A stretch of DNA of 32,000 nt from Candidatus Saccharimonadota bacterium (lineage in GTDB: Bacteria > Bacteroidota > Bacteroidia > Flavobacteriales > Blattabacteriaceae): the NCBI RefSeq assembly GCF_024818015.1, contig NZ_CP093908.1, positions 30,001-62,000 on the forward strand, given 5' to 3'. Position 1 is the first letter of the stretch, and every line of letters begins with the position of its first letter. The position numbers and the translations under genes were made by a program. This document shows, one piece after another, positions 1 to 9,471 of the stretch. The notes beneath the pieces are model-generated. The model had not been told where the DNA came from and searched no databases. It saw only the letters and a program-made list of their open reading frames with translations.

Positions 1-1358
1 ATTTTTCTTTTACTTGATAAACCAGTTTTAGATAAACTGTTTTTATCATAAGAACAATATATACTTTTAATGCTACCATCTAGATTACGAGATATATTAT
101 TAGCTTTTAAAATATAAGCATTTTTTAAACGTACTTCTTTTCCTAAAGATAATCTGAAAAAATTTTTTGTATTTTTTTCCATGAAATCTTCACTCTCTAT
201 ATAGAGAAATTTTGAAAAAGGGATTTTTCTATAAGTTTTTTTTATGTCTTCAGGATTATTTTCCGCTTTTAACCATTCTACTTTAAAAGTAGGATAATTT
301 TCAATTATTATTAATAATGGATTTATTACAACCATTACTCTAGATGAAATTTGATTTAAATGTTTTCGAATACTAAATTCTAGAATAGATATATCTATCT
401 GATTATATCGTTTTGATATTCCAATTTTTTTAATAAAATATTTAATTGATTCTGGAGTATAACCTCTTCTTCTAAGTCCTGATAGAGTGGGCATTCTTGG
501 ATCGTCCCATCCATTTACAAGATTTTTTTTTACTAAAATTTGTAACTTTCTTTTACTTAAAACATTATAATTTAGATTTAATCTAGAAAATTCATATTGT
601 CTAGGTGTTAGACTCTTTTTTTTATTTATATTATAAATATACCAATTATATAATTGTTTATGATTTTCAAACTCAAAAGAACATAAAGAATGTGATATTT
701 TTTCTATATAATCTGATTGCCCATGTGTCCAATCATAAGTCGGATATATACACCATTTATTTTTTGTTCTATAATGTAATTTTTTTTTTATAATACGATA
801 CATGATAGGATCTCTAAGATTCATGTTTGGTGATTTCATATCTATTTTGGCACGTAAAACACAATCACCGTCATTAAAATATCCATTTTTCATTTTTTTA
901 AATAAAAAAATATTTTCTTTTATCAATCTATTCCTATAGGGACTCTCTATACCATCCTCAAAAGGATTTTTTCTTTGTTCTTGTATTTTATCTTGTTTTT
1001 GATCATCTACATAAGCTTTTCCTTTTTCTATAATGACTTTAGCTAAGTCATAAAGTTTAGAAAAATAATTAGAAGCATAAGTTACTTTATTCCATTTAAA
1101 ACCTAACCAAAAAATATCTTTTTTTATATAATTAATAAATTTTTTTTCTTCTTCTATTGGATTAGTATCATCAAATCTTAATATTACTGAAGCTTTATAT
1201 TTTTCTGCTAATTTAAAATTTAAATAAATAGATTTAGCATGACCAATATGTAAATAACCATTAGGTTCAGGTGGAAATCTAAAAAGTAATTTTTTTTTAG
1301 GAAATCCTGACTCTAAATCTTTTTCTATAATTTTATCGAATATATTTATTATTTTCAT
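1..1358 (-). CDS. glnS: glutaminyl-tRNA synthetase, N-terminal ~452 codons (3' end lies beyond the window start)
   Basis: Absent from the ORF track because no stop codon falls inside the window. Manual translation of the minus strand from the ATG at 1358..1356 stays open to position 1: MKIINIFDKIIEKDLESGFPKKKLLFRFPPEPNGYLHIGHAKSIYLNFKLAEKYKASVILRFDDTNP...CIYPTYDWTHG...RQYEFSRLNLNYNVLSKRKL...GWDDPRMPTLSGLRRRGYTPESI. It has the class I HIGH motif and a VLSKR (KMSKS-type) motif and is collinear with E. coli GlnRS as I recall it. Confidence 0.92.
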   Translation of the reverse strand, partial: MKIINIFDKIIEKDLESGFPKKKLLFRFPPEPNGYLHIGHAKSIYLNFKLAEKYKASVILRFDDTNPIEEEKKFINYIKKDIFWLGFKWNKVTYASNYFSKLYDLAKVIIEKGKAYVDDQKQDKIQEQRKNPFEDGIESPYRNRLIKENIFLFKKMKNGYFNDGDCVLRAKIDMKSPNMNLRDPIMYRIIKKKLHYRTKNKWCIYPTYDWTHGQSDYIEKISHSLCSFEFENHKQLYNWYIYNINKKKSLTPRQYEFSRLNLNYNVLSKRKLQILVKKNLVNGWDDPRMPTLSGLRRRGYTPESIKYFIKKIGISKRYNQIDISILEFSIRKHLNQISSRVMVVINPLLIIIENYPTFKVEWLKAENNPEDIKKTYRKIPFSKFLYIESEDFMEKNTKNFFRLSLGKEVRLKNAYILKANNISRNLDGSIKSIYCSYDKNSLSKTGLSSKRK

Positions 1359-1363
1359 AATAT

Positions 1364-3190
1364 TTATTTTTTTATTAAAAAAATAATTAAAATCCTTATA
1401 TCTGAAGGAGAGACTCCACTTATTCTAGATGCTTCTCCTATAGAATTTGGTTTATAATTTAATAATTTTTCCCTAGCTTCTATTGATATTGATTTTACTT
1501 GATTATAATCAAAATTATTTGGTATACGTATGGATTCTAATTTATACATTTTTTTGACATTTTCTTCTTCTTTTAGAATATAGCCTTTATATTTAATATA
1601 AAGAGATATTTGTTCTAAAATTTTTTCATCTATATTATTTTTTTTTCTAAAATGTTTTATTAAATATAATTTAATTATATCATATATAGATATTTCTGGC
1701 CTAGATAATAAATCACAGATTTTAAGATTTTCTTTTAAATTGGCTTGATTTCTTTGAAAAAAGAAAAAACAATGTCTTTTCTTTTTATTTTTATTTTTTA
1801 GTTTTTTGATTCTATCATTACTAACTAATCCTAGATTAATCCCCATAGGGGTTAATCTTTCATCAGCATTATCTTGTCTTAATAATATTCTATATTCAGC
1901 TCTTGAAGTAAACATTCTATATGGTTCTTCTGTCCCTTTATAAATTAAATCATCAATAAGTACACCTATATATGCTTCATTACGTTTAAGAATAAATGGA
2001 TCTTTTTCATTAATTTTTAAATTAGCATTTATTCCTGCTATTAATCCTTGTGCTGCTGCTTCTTCATATCCTGTAGTTCCATTTATTTGACCAGCAAAAA
2101 AAAGATTTTCAATTAATTTTGTTTCTAAATTATTTTTTAATTGTGTAGGAGGAAAATAATCATATTCTATAGCATATCCTGGCCTAACCATTTTTGCGTT
2201 TTCAAAACCAGGAATCGTTAATAATGCTTTATATTGAACTTCTTCTGGCATAGAAGTAGAAAATCCATTAATATAAACTTCTATAGTGTTAACACCTTCT
2301 GGTTCTACAAATATTTGATGATTTTCTTTATTAGAAAATCTATATACCTTTTCTTCAATCGAAGGACAATATCTAGGACCTACACATTTAATTTTTCCAT
2401 TAAAAATAGGAGAGCTATTAAATTCTTTACTTAATAATTTGTGAGTTTCTAAATTTGTATGCGTAATATAACATTTTTTTTGTTTTAAAATATTTAAATT
2501 ACTTAAATCAGAAAAAGGTTCTATAGGAAAATCTCCTAATTGTTCAATCATTTTAGAAAAATCTAAAGAACGGCCATCTAATCTAGGAGAGGTTCCCGTT
2601 TTCATTCTTCCTGAGAAAAATCCAATTTTTTTTAATTTTTCTGTTAATCCTTTTACTGAATTTTCTGAAATTCTTCCGCCACTATTTTTTTTATCTCCTA
2701 TATGAATAATACCATTTAAAAATGTTCCATTTGTAAGAATTACTGATTTACTTTTAATAGAAATCCCAAGAATTGTTTTAACTCCAATGACTTTATAATT
2801 TTTTATAATTAAATCGACAACTGTAGATTGAAAAAAATCTAATTTTTTTTGTTTTTCTAAAGTTAAACGCCATTCTTTAGAAAATTTTAGTCTATCACAT
2901 TGTGCTCTTGGACTCCACATTGCAGGACCTTTAGATTTATTTAACATTCTAAATTGAATCATACTTTTATCGGTTATTATTCCTGAATAACCTCCTAATG
3001 CATCAATTTCTTTAATAATTTGCCCTTTTGCAATTCCTCCAATTGCTGGATTACATGACATTTGTCCTATATTATATAAATTTGTTGTAATTAATAAAGT
3101 ATTTGATCCTAGATTAGAAGCAGCTAAAGCTGCTTCTGATCCAGAATGTCCACCACCTACTACAATTACATCATATTGTTTAACAAACAT
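1364..3190 (-). CDS. mnmG: tRNA uridine 5-carboxymethylaminomethyl modification enzyme MnmG (GidA)
   Basis: 608-aa ORF. FAD-binding N-terminus YDVIVVGGGHSGSEAALAAS, then SCNPAIGGIAKGQIIKEIDALGG and FFAGQINGTTGYEEAAAQGLIAG, all typical GidA motifs. Confidence 0.96.
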   Translation of the reverse strand: MFVKQYDVIVVGGGHSGSEAALAASNLGSNTLLITTNLYNIGQMSCNPAIGGIAKGQIIKEIDALGGYSGIITDKSMIQFRMLNKSKGPAMWSPRAQCDRLKFSKEWRLTLEKQKKLDFFQSTVVDLIIKNYKVIGVKTILGISIKSKSVILTNGTFLNGIIHIGDKKNSGGRISENSVKGLTEKLKKIGFFSGRMKTGTSPRLDGRSLDFSKMIEQLGDFPIEPFSDLSNLNILKQKKCYITHTNLETHKLLSKEFNSSPIFNGKIKCVGPRYCPSIEEKVYRFSNKENHQIFVEPEGVNTIEVYINGFSTSMPEEVQYKALLTIPGFENAKMVRPGYAIEYDYFPPTQLKNNLETKLIENLFFAGQINGTTGYEEAAAQGLIAGINANLKINEKDPFILKRNEAYIGVLIDDLIYKGTEEPYRMFTSRAEYRILLRQDNADERLTPMGINLGLVSNDRIKKLKNKNKKKRHCFFFFQRNQANLKENLKICDLLSRPEISIYDIIKLYLIKHFRKKNNIDEKILEQISLYIKYKGYILKEEENVKKMYKLESIRIPNNFDYNQVKSISIEAREKLLNYKPNSIGEASRISGVSPSDIRILIIFLIKK

Positions 3191-3605
3191 ATTTTTTTTT
3201 AAAAAAAAATAAATAAATCTCTTCTTTTTTAGACATTATATATTTTTCAGTTTCTTTTTTATCTTTATATCCTAGTAAATGCAATACAGCATGTATAATA
3301 ACACGTTTTAATTCATCATAAAATGATTTTTTAAAATTTAAAGAATTATATTTAATTCTTTTTATGCTAATAAATATATCTCCATCTATATTTTTCTCTT
3401 CAGAATTATCAAAAGTTATAACATCTGTATAATAATTTTTCTTAAGATATTTCTTATTAATATTAATCAAATATTGATCATTACAAAAAATAAAATTTAG
3501 TTCTTTTATAAATTCCTTTTCCTTACTTACAACAAAAAAAATCCATTTTGAAAAATAAAATTCATTATATAAATTAAATTTTGTTTCATAATAATAATTT
3601 ATCAT
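3180..3605 (-). CDS. ybeY: endoribonuclease YbeY (rRNA maturation factor)
   Basis: The C-terminal 141 codons of track ORF 3180..3908 carry the metal-binding motif HAVLHLLGYKD and DVITFD. The most plausible start is the ATG at 3605 (MINYYYETKF...). The part upstream of this is antisense to rsmI. The 3' end overlaps the mnmG start by 11 nt. Confidence 0.88.
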   Translation of the reverse strand: MINYYYETKFNLYNEFYFSKWIFFVVSKEKEFIKELNFIFCNDQYLININKKYLKKNYYTDVITFDNSEEKNIDGDIFISIKRIKYNSLNFKKSFYDELKRVIIHAVLHLLGYKDKKETEKYIMSKKEEIYLFFFKKKYVC

Positions 3606-3615
3606 TAATCCATAT

Positions 3616-4296
3616 ATGTTATATATTGTTCCTACACCTATAGGTAATTTAGAAGATATCACTTTTAGAGCAATTCGTATTCTAAAAGAAGTAGATTTTA
3701 TTTTAGCAGAAAATCTTTTAAATTCTAAAAAATTATTAAATTTTTTTAAAATAAAAAATAAGATATTATCATATAATATATATAATGAACAGAAAATTAT
3801 ATTGAATATAATACTTTTTTTAAAAAAATGTAATAATATAGCTTTAATTACTGATGCTGGTACACCTATTATATCTGATCCAGGTTTTTTATTAGTAAGA
3901 CATTGCATAAAAAATAATATAAAAGTTTCTTGTCTTCCAGGAGCTACTGCTTTTATACCAGCATTAATAAATTCAGGTTTTTCGATAAATGAATTTACAT
4001 TTCTTGGATTTTTACCGCATAAAAAAAGTAAAGAAAAAAAAATAAAAACTCTCTGTAAAGAGAGTAGAACAATAATTATTTATGAAAGTACTTATAGAAT
4101 TTTAAAGACTTTATATATAATAAAAAATTATATAGGAAATAAACAAATTTCTATTTGTAGAGAAATTTCTAAAAAATTTGAACAAACTATTATAGGGAAT
4201 ATAAATGATATAATTTTTTTTTTTGAAAACAAAAAACCAAAAGGAGAATTTGTTATAATCTTACAAGGTAAGACTAGAGGCACTGAGCGGATTTGA
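3616..4296 (+). CDS. rsmI: 16S rRNA (cytidine1402-2'-O)-methyltransferase RsmI
   Basis: 226-aa ORF. N-terminus MLYIVPTPIGNLEDITFRAIRILKEVDFILAE and DAGTPIISDPGF are typical of the tetrapyrrole-methylase-fold RsmI family. The last 19 nt, including the TGA stop, overlap tRNA-Cys on the opposite strand. Confidence 0.9.
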   Translation: MLYIVPTPIGNLEDITFRAIRILKEVDFILAENLLNSKKLLNFFKIKNKILSYNIYNEQKIILNIILFLKKCNNIALITDAGTPIISDPGFLLVRHCIKNNIKVSCLPGATAFIPALINSGFSINEFTFLGFLPHKKSKEKKIKTLCKESRTIIIYESTYRILKTLYIIKNYIGNKQISICREISKKFEQTIIGNINDIIFFFENKKPKGEFVIILQGKTRGTERI

Positions 4297-4348
4297 ACCG
4301 CTGTAAAAGGTTTTGCAGACCTCTGCCTTGCCACTCGGCCACGGTGCC
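4278..4348 (-). tRNA. tRNA-Cys (anticodon GCA)
   Basis: Minus strand GGCACCGTGGCCGAGTGGCAAGGCAGAGGTCTGCAAAACCTTTTACAGCGGTTCAAATCCGCTCAGTGCCT folds as a cloverleaf. Acceptor GGCACCG/CAGTGCC has one mismatch. Anticodon stem is GAGGT/ACCTT with loop CTGCAAA. T arm is AGCGG-TTCAAAT-CCGCT. Discriminator is U. No CCA is encoded. Confidence 0.9.
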
Positions 4349-4410
4349 AATTAATCTAATTATAAAAATTAAATTAATATATTTAATTATATATAATTAA
4401 TTTTTTTTAT
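4349..4410. promoter_or_regulatory. 62-bp spacer between divergent tRNA-Cys and prs; presumed bidirectional promoter region
   Basis: One of only two non-coding stretches over 50 bp in the window, and it is flanked by divergently oriented genes. No motif could be called confidently in this near-pure AT sequence. Confidence 0.3.
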
Positions 4411-5322
4411 ATGAATAAAAAAGCTATTTTATTTTCTACCAGAAAAAGTTTACACCTTTCAAGAGAAATAGCTCATTATTATGGTGATATTTTAGGTAAA
4501 ATAAATTTTTTGGAGTTTAGTGATGGAGAATATGAACCATCTTTTGAACAATCTGTTAGAGGGGCTAATGTATTTTTAATTGGATCTACTATGCCTCCGG
4601 CTGATAATCTTATGGAACTATTACTTATGTGTGATGCAGCAAAACGTGCTTCTGCAAGAAATATTACATTAGTTATACCATATTTTGGGTGGGGAAGACA
4701 AGATAGAAAAGAAAAAAAGAGAGCTCCTATTGGAGCAAAATTAGTATCTAATCTAATTACAGCTTCTGGAGCTACAAGAGTAATTACAATGGATTTACAT
4801 GCCGATCAAATCCAAGGATTTTTTGAAATACCTTTAGAAAATTTAGATGCTTATACTTTATTTATAGAGTATATCAAACAATTGAAATTAGATTGTTTAA
4901 CAATTGCTTCTCCAGATATGGGAGGAGTAAAACGTGCAAGAAGCTATGCTGGATCTTTAAATGCTGATGTAGTAATATGTTATAAAGAAAGAAAAAAAGC
5001 TAATAATATAGATTTAATGAATATTATTGGAGATGTAAAAAATAAAAATGTAATTATTGTAGATGATTTAGTAGATACAGCAGACACAATTTTAATAGCA
5101 TCAAATCTTATGAAAGAACAAGGTGCTAAAAGTATACGTGCAATTGCTACGCATCCAATATTGTCAGGATATGCATATGAAAAAATAGAAAATTCATCTT
5201 TACAAGAACTTGTAGTTACTAATACAATTAAATTAAATTCTAAAAAAATTTCAAAAAAAATCACAATTTTAAATTGTGCGAAAATTTTTGCACAAGTTAT
5301 GCATAAAAACTCCAAAATATGA
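4411..5322 (+). CDS. prs: ribose-phosphate pyrophosphokinase (PRPP synthetase)
   Basis: 303-aa ORF with GWGRQDRK, VITMDLHADQIQGFF, SPDMGGVKRA and the PRPP-binding loop VIIVDDLVDTADT. Confidence 0.95.
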   Translation: MNKKAILFSTRKSLHLSREIAHYYGDILGKINFLEFSDGEYEPSFEQSVRGANVFLIGSTMPPADNLMELLLMCDAAKRASARNITLVIPYFGWGRQDRKEKKRAPIGAKLVSNLITASGATRVITMDLHADQIQGFFEIPLENLDAYTLFIEYIKQLKLDCLTIASPDMGGVKRARSYAGSLNADVVICYKERKKANNIDLMNIIGDVKNKNVIIVDDLVDTADTILIASNLMKEQGAKSIRAIATHPILSGYAYEKIENSSLQELVVTNTIKLNSKKISKKITILNCAKIFAQVMHKNSKI

Positions 5323-5903
5323 ATTGTGTAAACCTTAAAGGGAAAAAAAACAAATTTTTAAAAAAGATAAATAATCGTGAATTAAGAAATTCTGGTTATA
5401 TTCCTTGCATAGTATATGGTATAAATAAAAATATAAAATTTTATATTTTATTATCAATACTAAAAAAAGTGATTTATACTTTGAAAGTATATAAAGTGAT
5501 TATAGAAATCAAAAATGAATATAAAATTGAAGCTCTTTTAAAAGAGATACAATTTAACCCAATAAATGATGATGTCATACATGTTGATTTTTATGAATTA
5601 AAAAAAAAGAAATATATTATTATTTCAGTACCAATAATATCTGTAGGTCATTCTTTAGGAGTCTCTAAAGGAGGTGAATATAAAATTTTTCTAAAAACAA
5701 TCAACTTAAAAGTAATTCCTGAATTTCTAATAGATCATATGGATCTAGATACTAGTAATTTAGATATAGGAGAGAATTTATCTATAAAAGATATATATAA
5801 TCCTAAGTATATTATACTTCATAATTGTAATGATGTAATTGCATCAGTCAAAGTCAAAGTCAAAGTCAAAGTCAAGGGAAAAGGAAAATTGTCTAAAACT
5901 TGA
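5319..5903 (+). CDS. rplY: 50S ribosomal protein L25 (Ctc form) with a repetitive VK/GK C-terminal tail
   Basis: 194-aa ORF. RNSGYIPCIVYG...ALLKEIQFNPINDDVIHVDFYEL matches the L25/Ctc N-domain. Its start overlaps the prs stop in an ATGA junction. Confidence 0.85.
   Translation: MNCVNLKGKKNKFLKKINNRELRNSGYIPCIVYGINKNIKFYILLSILKKVIYTLKVYKVIIEIKNEYKIEALLKEIQFNPINDDVIHVDFYELKKKKYIIISVPIISVGHSLGVSKGGEYKIFLKTINLKVIPEFLIDHMDLDTSNLDIGENLSIKDIYNPKYIILHNCNDVIASVKVKVKVKVKGKGKLSKT
5847..5888 (+). repeat. in-frame hexanucleotide tandem repeat (GTCAAA)x4, then GTCAAG and (GGAAAA)x2, encoding VKVKVKVKVKGKGK
   Basis: Read directly from the sequence: gtcaaagtcaaagtcaaagtcaaagtcaagggaaaaggaaaa, at the 3' end of rplY. 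Confidence 0.95.
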
Positions 5904-5916
5904 TCAGATCTAGTTT

Positions 5917-6711
5917 TTATATACCTCCAACTATTTCAAGTATTTCTTTTGTAATATTTTCTTTTCTTAATTTATTATAAATAAATAATAATTCATGATT
6001 TATTTTAATCCCATTATCTTTTGCTTTATGCATAGCTATCATTCTTGATAAATGTTCTGAAGTTATTGATTCTAATATATATTTATATATCTTAATTTTT
6101 ATTATTTCCGGAAATAAATATTTGAATATTTCTTCTTCAGATGGTTCAAATAAATAATTCGGATTTTTAATCTTTTTCATTTTAAAAGGTAATATTTGTT
6201 TAATTGAAATTAATTTTTTACAACTATTATAGATAATTTTTATATTACTAAAATACCCATTTAAAAATTTTTGATAAATATCATCTACTATATTAGATAA
6301 ATTAATCTCATTTAGATTTTCAATTAAATCTCTATTATAGAAATATATAGGATATTTTTTATCTAAAAAATCCTTACCTATTTTTCCAATAGATAATATA
6401 TATATTTTTTTTTGACAAGATTCAATTAATTTTTCTGTTTTTTTTAATAATAAATTATTAAAATTTCCACAAAGTCCACGATTTGATGTAATTACTATTA
6501 ATAATATAGGTTTTTTCTTATTATAAGTATAAGGATAATGATATAATAATCTAAAGATTTCTTCTATTTTTTTTTTATAAATTTTACATTTATATAATTT
6601 CTCTTGATATTTTTTTAATTTTACAGATGAAACCATTTTCATTGCATTTGTAATTTTTACAATAGAACTTACGGTCTTAACTCTACCTATTATTTCTTTT
6701 AAATTATACAT
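5917..6711 (-). CDS. atpG: F0F1 ATP synthase subunit gamma
   Basis: 264-aa ORF. N-terminal [22 protein letters not shown] and C-terminal [18 protein letters not shown] are gamma-subunit hallmarks. It is the last gene of the atp operon. Confidence 0.9.
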   Translation of the reverse strand: MYNLKEIIGRVKTVSSIVKITNAMKMVSSVKLKKYQEKLYKCKIYKKKIEEIFRLLYHYPYTYNKKKPILLIVITSNRGLCGNFNNLLLKKTEKLIESCQKKIYILSIGKIGKDFLDKKYPIYFYNRDLIENLNEINLSNIVDDIYQKFLNGYFSNIKIIYNSCKKLISIKQILPFKMKKIKNPNYLFEPSEEEIFKYLFPEIIKIKIYKYILESITSEHLSRMIAMHKAKDNGIKINHELLFIYNKLRKENITKEILEIVGGI

Positions 6712-8302
6712 TATCTTTAGATTTAATCAAATAATAATTCATTATTTTTAATGCAATATTGTTTAATATTGAAAATATCTTTTCATTTATTTCACCTTCT
6801 TCTAATAAATCTATAATTGATGAATATTTCTCATTTAAATAATTTAAATATTTTTTTTCAAAAAATTTAATTTTATTAATAGGTATTTCTTTAAGAAGAT
6901 TATTTGTCCCAGCATATATTATTGCTATTTGATAGCCTAATCTATAAGGAGAATTAATTGATTGTTTTAATATTTCTATATTTCTTTTTCCTTTTTCAAT
7001 AATCTTTTTGGTTGTAGAATCTAAATCAGAACCAAATTGAGAAAAAGATTCTAATTCTCTAAATTGTGCTTGATCTAATTTAAAAGTACCTGATATTTTT
7101 TTCATTGATTTAATTTGTGCAGAAGCACCTACTCTTGAAACCGATATTCCTTCATTTATAGCAGGACGGATTCCTGAATTAAAAAGATTTGTTTCTAAAA
7201 AAATTTGTCCATCTGTTATAGATATAACATTTGTAGGAATATATGAAGATACATCACCAAATTGGGTTTCTATTATTGGTAAGGAAGTTAAAGAACCTCC
7301 CCCTAAAATTTTTTTTTCTATACTTTTTGGTACATCATTCATTTTATAAGCTATTTTATTATCACTTATTATTTTAGATGAACGTTCTAATAAACGTGAA
7401 TGTAAGTAAAAAATATCACCTGGATATGCTTCTCTACCGGGTGGTCTACGTAATAATAAAGATATTTCTCTATATGCTACTGCTTGTTTAGATAAATCAT
7501 CATATATAATTAAAGCTGATCGTCCAGTATCACGAAAAAATTCACCTATTGCCGTACCAGAAAAAGGAGCAAACACTTGCATAGCTGCAGAATCTGAAGC
7601 ATTTGCAGTTAATATAACTGTATACGATAGAGCATCATTATCTTCTAATAATTTCACTATACTAGCTATAGTAGATGCTTTTTTACCAATTGATACATAA
7701 ATACAATAAACGGGATTTCCCATATCATAAAATTTTTTTTGATTAATTATAGTATCTATTGCTAGAGTTGTTTTTCCAGTTTGTCGATCTCCTATTATTA
7801 ATTCTCTTTGTCCTCTACCTATAGGTATCATAGAATCTATACATTTTATACCAGTTTGGAGAGGTTCTATTACTGGTTCTCTATAAATTACCCCAGGAGC
7901 TTTTCTTTCTAATGGCATTAGAAATAAATTTCCAGATATAGGACCTTTTCCATCAATAGGAACACCTAAACTGTTTATAACACGACCTAACATACCTTCT
8001 CCGACATTTATAGACGATATCATCCCTGTTCTTATAACTTTATCACCTTCTTTTATTCCTTTCGAAGACCCAATTAATATAATTCCGACATTTTCTTCTT
8101 CTAAATTAAGAACAATTCCTTTTAATCCATTTTCAAATTCTACTATTTCTCCATATATTGCATTAAATAATCCATAGACATTAGCTACTCCATCTCCTAT
8201 ATTAATTATTATCCCTGATTCAATTATTTCATTTTTATAATGAAAGTCTGAAATTTTTTTTTTTATTAAGGCTGATATATCAGCATATTTTATATCCAAC
8301 AT
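6704..8302 (-). CDS. atpA: F0F1 ATP synthase subunit alpha
   Basis: 532-aa ORF with Walker A GDRQTGKT, then [45 protein letters not shown]. Confidence 0.97.
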   Translation of the reverse strand: MLDIKYADISALIKKKISDFHYKNEIIESGIIINIGDGVANVYGLFNAIYGEIVEFENGLKGIVLNLEEENVGIILIGSSKGIKEGDKVIRTGMISSINVGEGMLGRVINSLGVPIDGKGPISGNLFLMPLERKAPGVIYREPVIEPLQTGIKCIDSMIPIGRGQRELIIGDRQTGKTTLAIDTIINQKKFYDMGNPVYCIYVSIGKKASTIASIVKLLEDNDALSYTVILTANASDSAAMQVFAPFSGTAIGEFFRDTGRSALIIYDDLSKQAVAYREISLLLRRPPGREAYPGDIFYLHSRLLERSSKIISDNKIAYKMNDVPKSIEKKILGGGSLTSLPIIETQFGDVSSYIPTNVISITDGQIFLETNLFNSGIRPAINEGISVSRVGASAQIKSMKKISGTFKLDQAQFRELESFSQFGSDLDSTTKKIIEKGKRNIEILKQSINSPYRLGYQIAIIYAGTNNLLKEIPINKIKFFEKKYLNYLNEKYSSIIDLLEEGEINEKIFSILNNIALKIMNYYLIKSKDNV

Positions 8303-8810
8303 AAGTTTTTATTTTTTTTAAAAAATTATTAATTGTAAAATTACAATATTGATCTTCTCCTTTTAAGAGGAAACCACCAATAATATTATCTATATTATTA
8401 TTAATAATAAAAGTTTTCTCTCTTTTATTTAAAATAAAAATTATATTATATTTAATAATAGGTTTTTTAGATAAAAAAAATAAATCTATTATCGATAATT
8501 TTTTTTTCAAATATTTTATATATTCTAAACAAATAGATATAAACAATAATTCTTTATTATCATCAATTAACAATTGAATTAATTTTAATAAAATCTTATC
8601 TATCATTAATTTATTAAAAACAATTATCTTTTCTTTTTTTTTAAAAAAATGTGTATTGAAAATTATTTGTTTTATATAATTCTTTCTGAGAAGAAAGAAA
8701 ATTTTTTCTATTTCATTTTTTAGAAAAATTTCTTTTTTAGAATTAAAAACTAAAAAAAAAAATCCTTTTGCATATCTTTTAATCAAAAGTTTTTTATATG
8801 AAAAATTCAT
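8280..8810 (-). CDS. atpH: F0F1 ATP synthase subunit delta (OSCP)
   Basis: 176-aa ORF between atpF and atpA. Has IKRYAKGFF near the N-terminus and [12 protein letters not shown] near the C-terminus. The sequence is highly diverged, so the call leans on operon position. It overlaps atpA by 23 nt. Confidence 0.75.
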   Translation of the reverse strand: MNFSYKKLLIKRYAKGFFFLVFNSKKEIFLKNEIEKIFFLLRKNYIKQIIFNTHFFKKKEKIIVFNKLMIDKILLKLIQLLIDDNKELLFISICLEYIKYLKKKLSIIDLFFLSKKPIIKYNIIFILNKREKTFIINNNIDNIIGGFLLKGEDQYCNFTINNFLKKIKTYVGYKIC

Positions 8811-9241
8811 AATTCTTTATTTAAGATTTTTTCTGAAATTATAATAGATATATTGAATATGTCATTTTTTCTCTTTTCTATTGCTATTTTTTTTTTATTT
8901 TCAATTAATAATTGAATTTTATTTATGATTAAATCACTTTCTAATTTTGCTTTTTTTTTTGCTTCTTTTTCTATTTCTTCTTTTTTTTTTAAAGCTTCAT
9001 TTATAATTAAATTTTTCATTTTTTCTATATTTTTTAAAATCTTTCTTTTTTTTACTTTTATCTTTTTTAGAGATTCTTTTGCTTTTTCTGCATTATTGAT
9101 TGAATCAATAATATATTTTTCACGTTTTTCTAACAATTTATTTATAGGATTCCATGCGAATTTACTAAGAATAATAAATGAGATTAAAAAGATTACTGAT
9201 TGCCAAAATATTAAACCTAAAGAAGGCGTCATTAAATCCAT
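8807..9241 (-). CDS. atpF: F0F1 ATP synthase subunit b
   Basis: 144-aa ORF with a single N-terminal transmembrane helix (GLIFWQSVIFLISFIIL) followed by a long charged helix. Operon position also supports the call. Confidence 0.8.
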   Translation of the reverse strand: MDLMTPSLGLIFWQSVIFLISFIILSKFAWNPINKLLEKREKYIIDSINNAEKAKESLKKIKVKKRKILKNIEKMKNLIINEALKKKEEIEKEAKKKAKLESDLIINKIQLLIENKKKIAIEKRKNDIFNISIIISEKILNKEL

Positions 9242-9247
9242 AAATTG

Positions 9248-9466
9248 TTATTTTAAGACTGCTAACAAAACAGTTACTATTCCAAATAAAGATGCTCCTT
9301 CTAGAAGAGCGGCAGATATAATCATAGCAGTTTGTATTTGATTTGAAACTGATGGTTGTCTAGCTATTGCCTCCAGAGCAGAACTACCAATTTTTCCAAT
9401 TCCTAACCCAGCTCCCAATACGGCTATACCTGCCCCTATAGCTGATAATCCTACATATAAACCCAT
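9248..9466 (-). CDS. atpE: F0F1 ATP synthase subunit c
   Basis: 72-aa hairpin proteolipid with GAGIAVLGAGLGIG, the ARQP loop, and the ion-binding Glu in AALLEGASLFG. Confidence 0.93.
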   Translation of the reverse strand: MGLYVGLSAIGAGIAVLGAGLGIGKIGSSALEAIARQPSVSNQIQTAMIISAALLEGASLFGIVTVLLAVLK

Positions 9467-9471
9467 TTAAT

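Noticed and set aside
605-793. Short track ORFs 605..793 (+), 2234..2434 (+), 4128..4334 (-), 4980..5315 (-), 12573..12869 (+), 19278..19520 (-), 28670..28948 (+) and 29419..29640 (+).
   Set aside because: All lie antisense or out of frame within strongly supported conserved genes (glnS, mnmG, rsmI/tRNA-Cys, prs, leuB, leuS, rpoC, rpoB/rpoC junction). They have F/I/L/S-rich low-complexity composition typical of antisense reads of Lys/Asn/Ile-rich AT-biased genes and show no recognisable motifs.
1-1358. Possible pseudogene or non-coding region, because the ORF track lists nothing on the minus strand here.
   Set aside because: Manual translation shows an uninterrupted GlnRS frame from the ATG at 1358 to the window edge. 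It is missing from the track only because its stop codon lies outside the window.
3606-3908. The N-terminal 101 codons of track ORF 3180..3908 (MQCLTNKKPGSDIIGVPAS...).
   Set aside because: This part is antisense to the well-supported rsmI gene and has no YbeY similarity. YbeY-like sequence starts at the internal ATG at 3605, which gives a normal 141-aa protein.
4294-4296. Possible TGA-to-Trp recoding, as seen in some tiny symbiont genomes.
   Set aside because: TGA closes rsmI, rplY, the DUF4295-like ORF and rpoB at positions consistent with protein ends. Conserved Trp positions (for example in GlnRS, LeuRS and TyrRS motifs) use TGG. No conserved gene contains an internal in-frame TGA.
4367-4388. 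An 8-bp inverted repeat, AATTAAAT-taatat-ATTTAATT, between tRNA-Cys and prs, considered as a possible operator or terminator.
   Set aside because: It is composed only of A and T in a region that is essentially all A+T. Such palindromes are expected by chance and would form a very weak hairpin.
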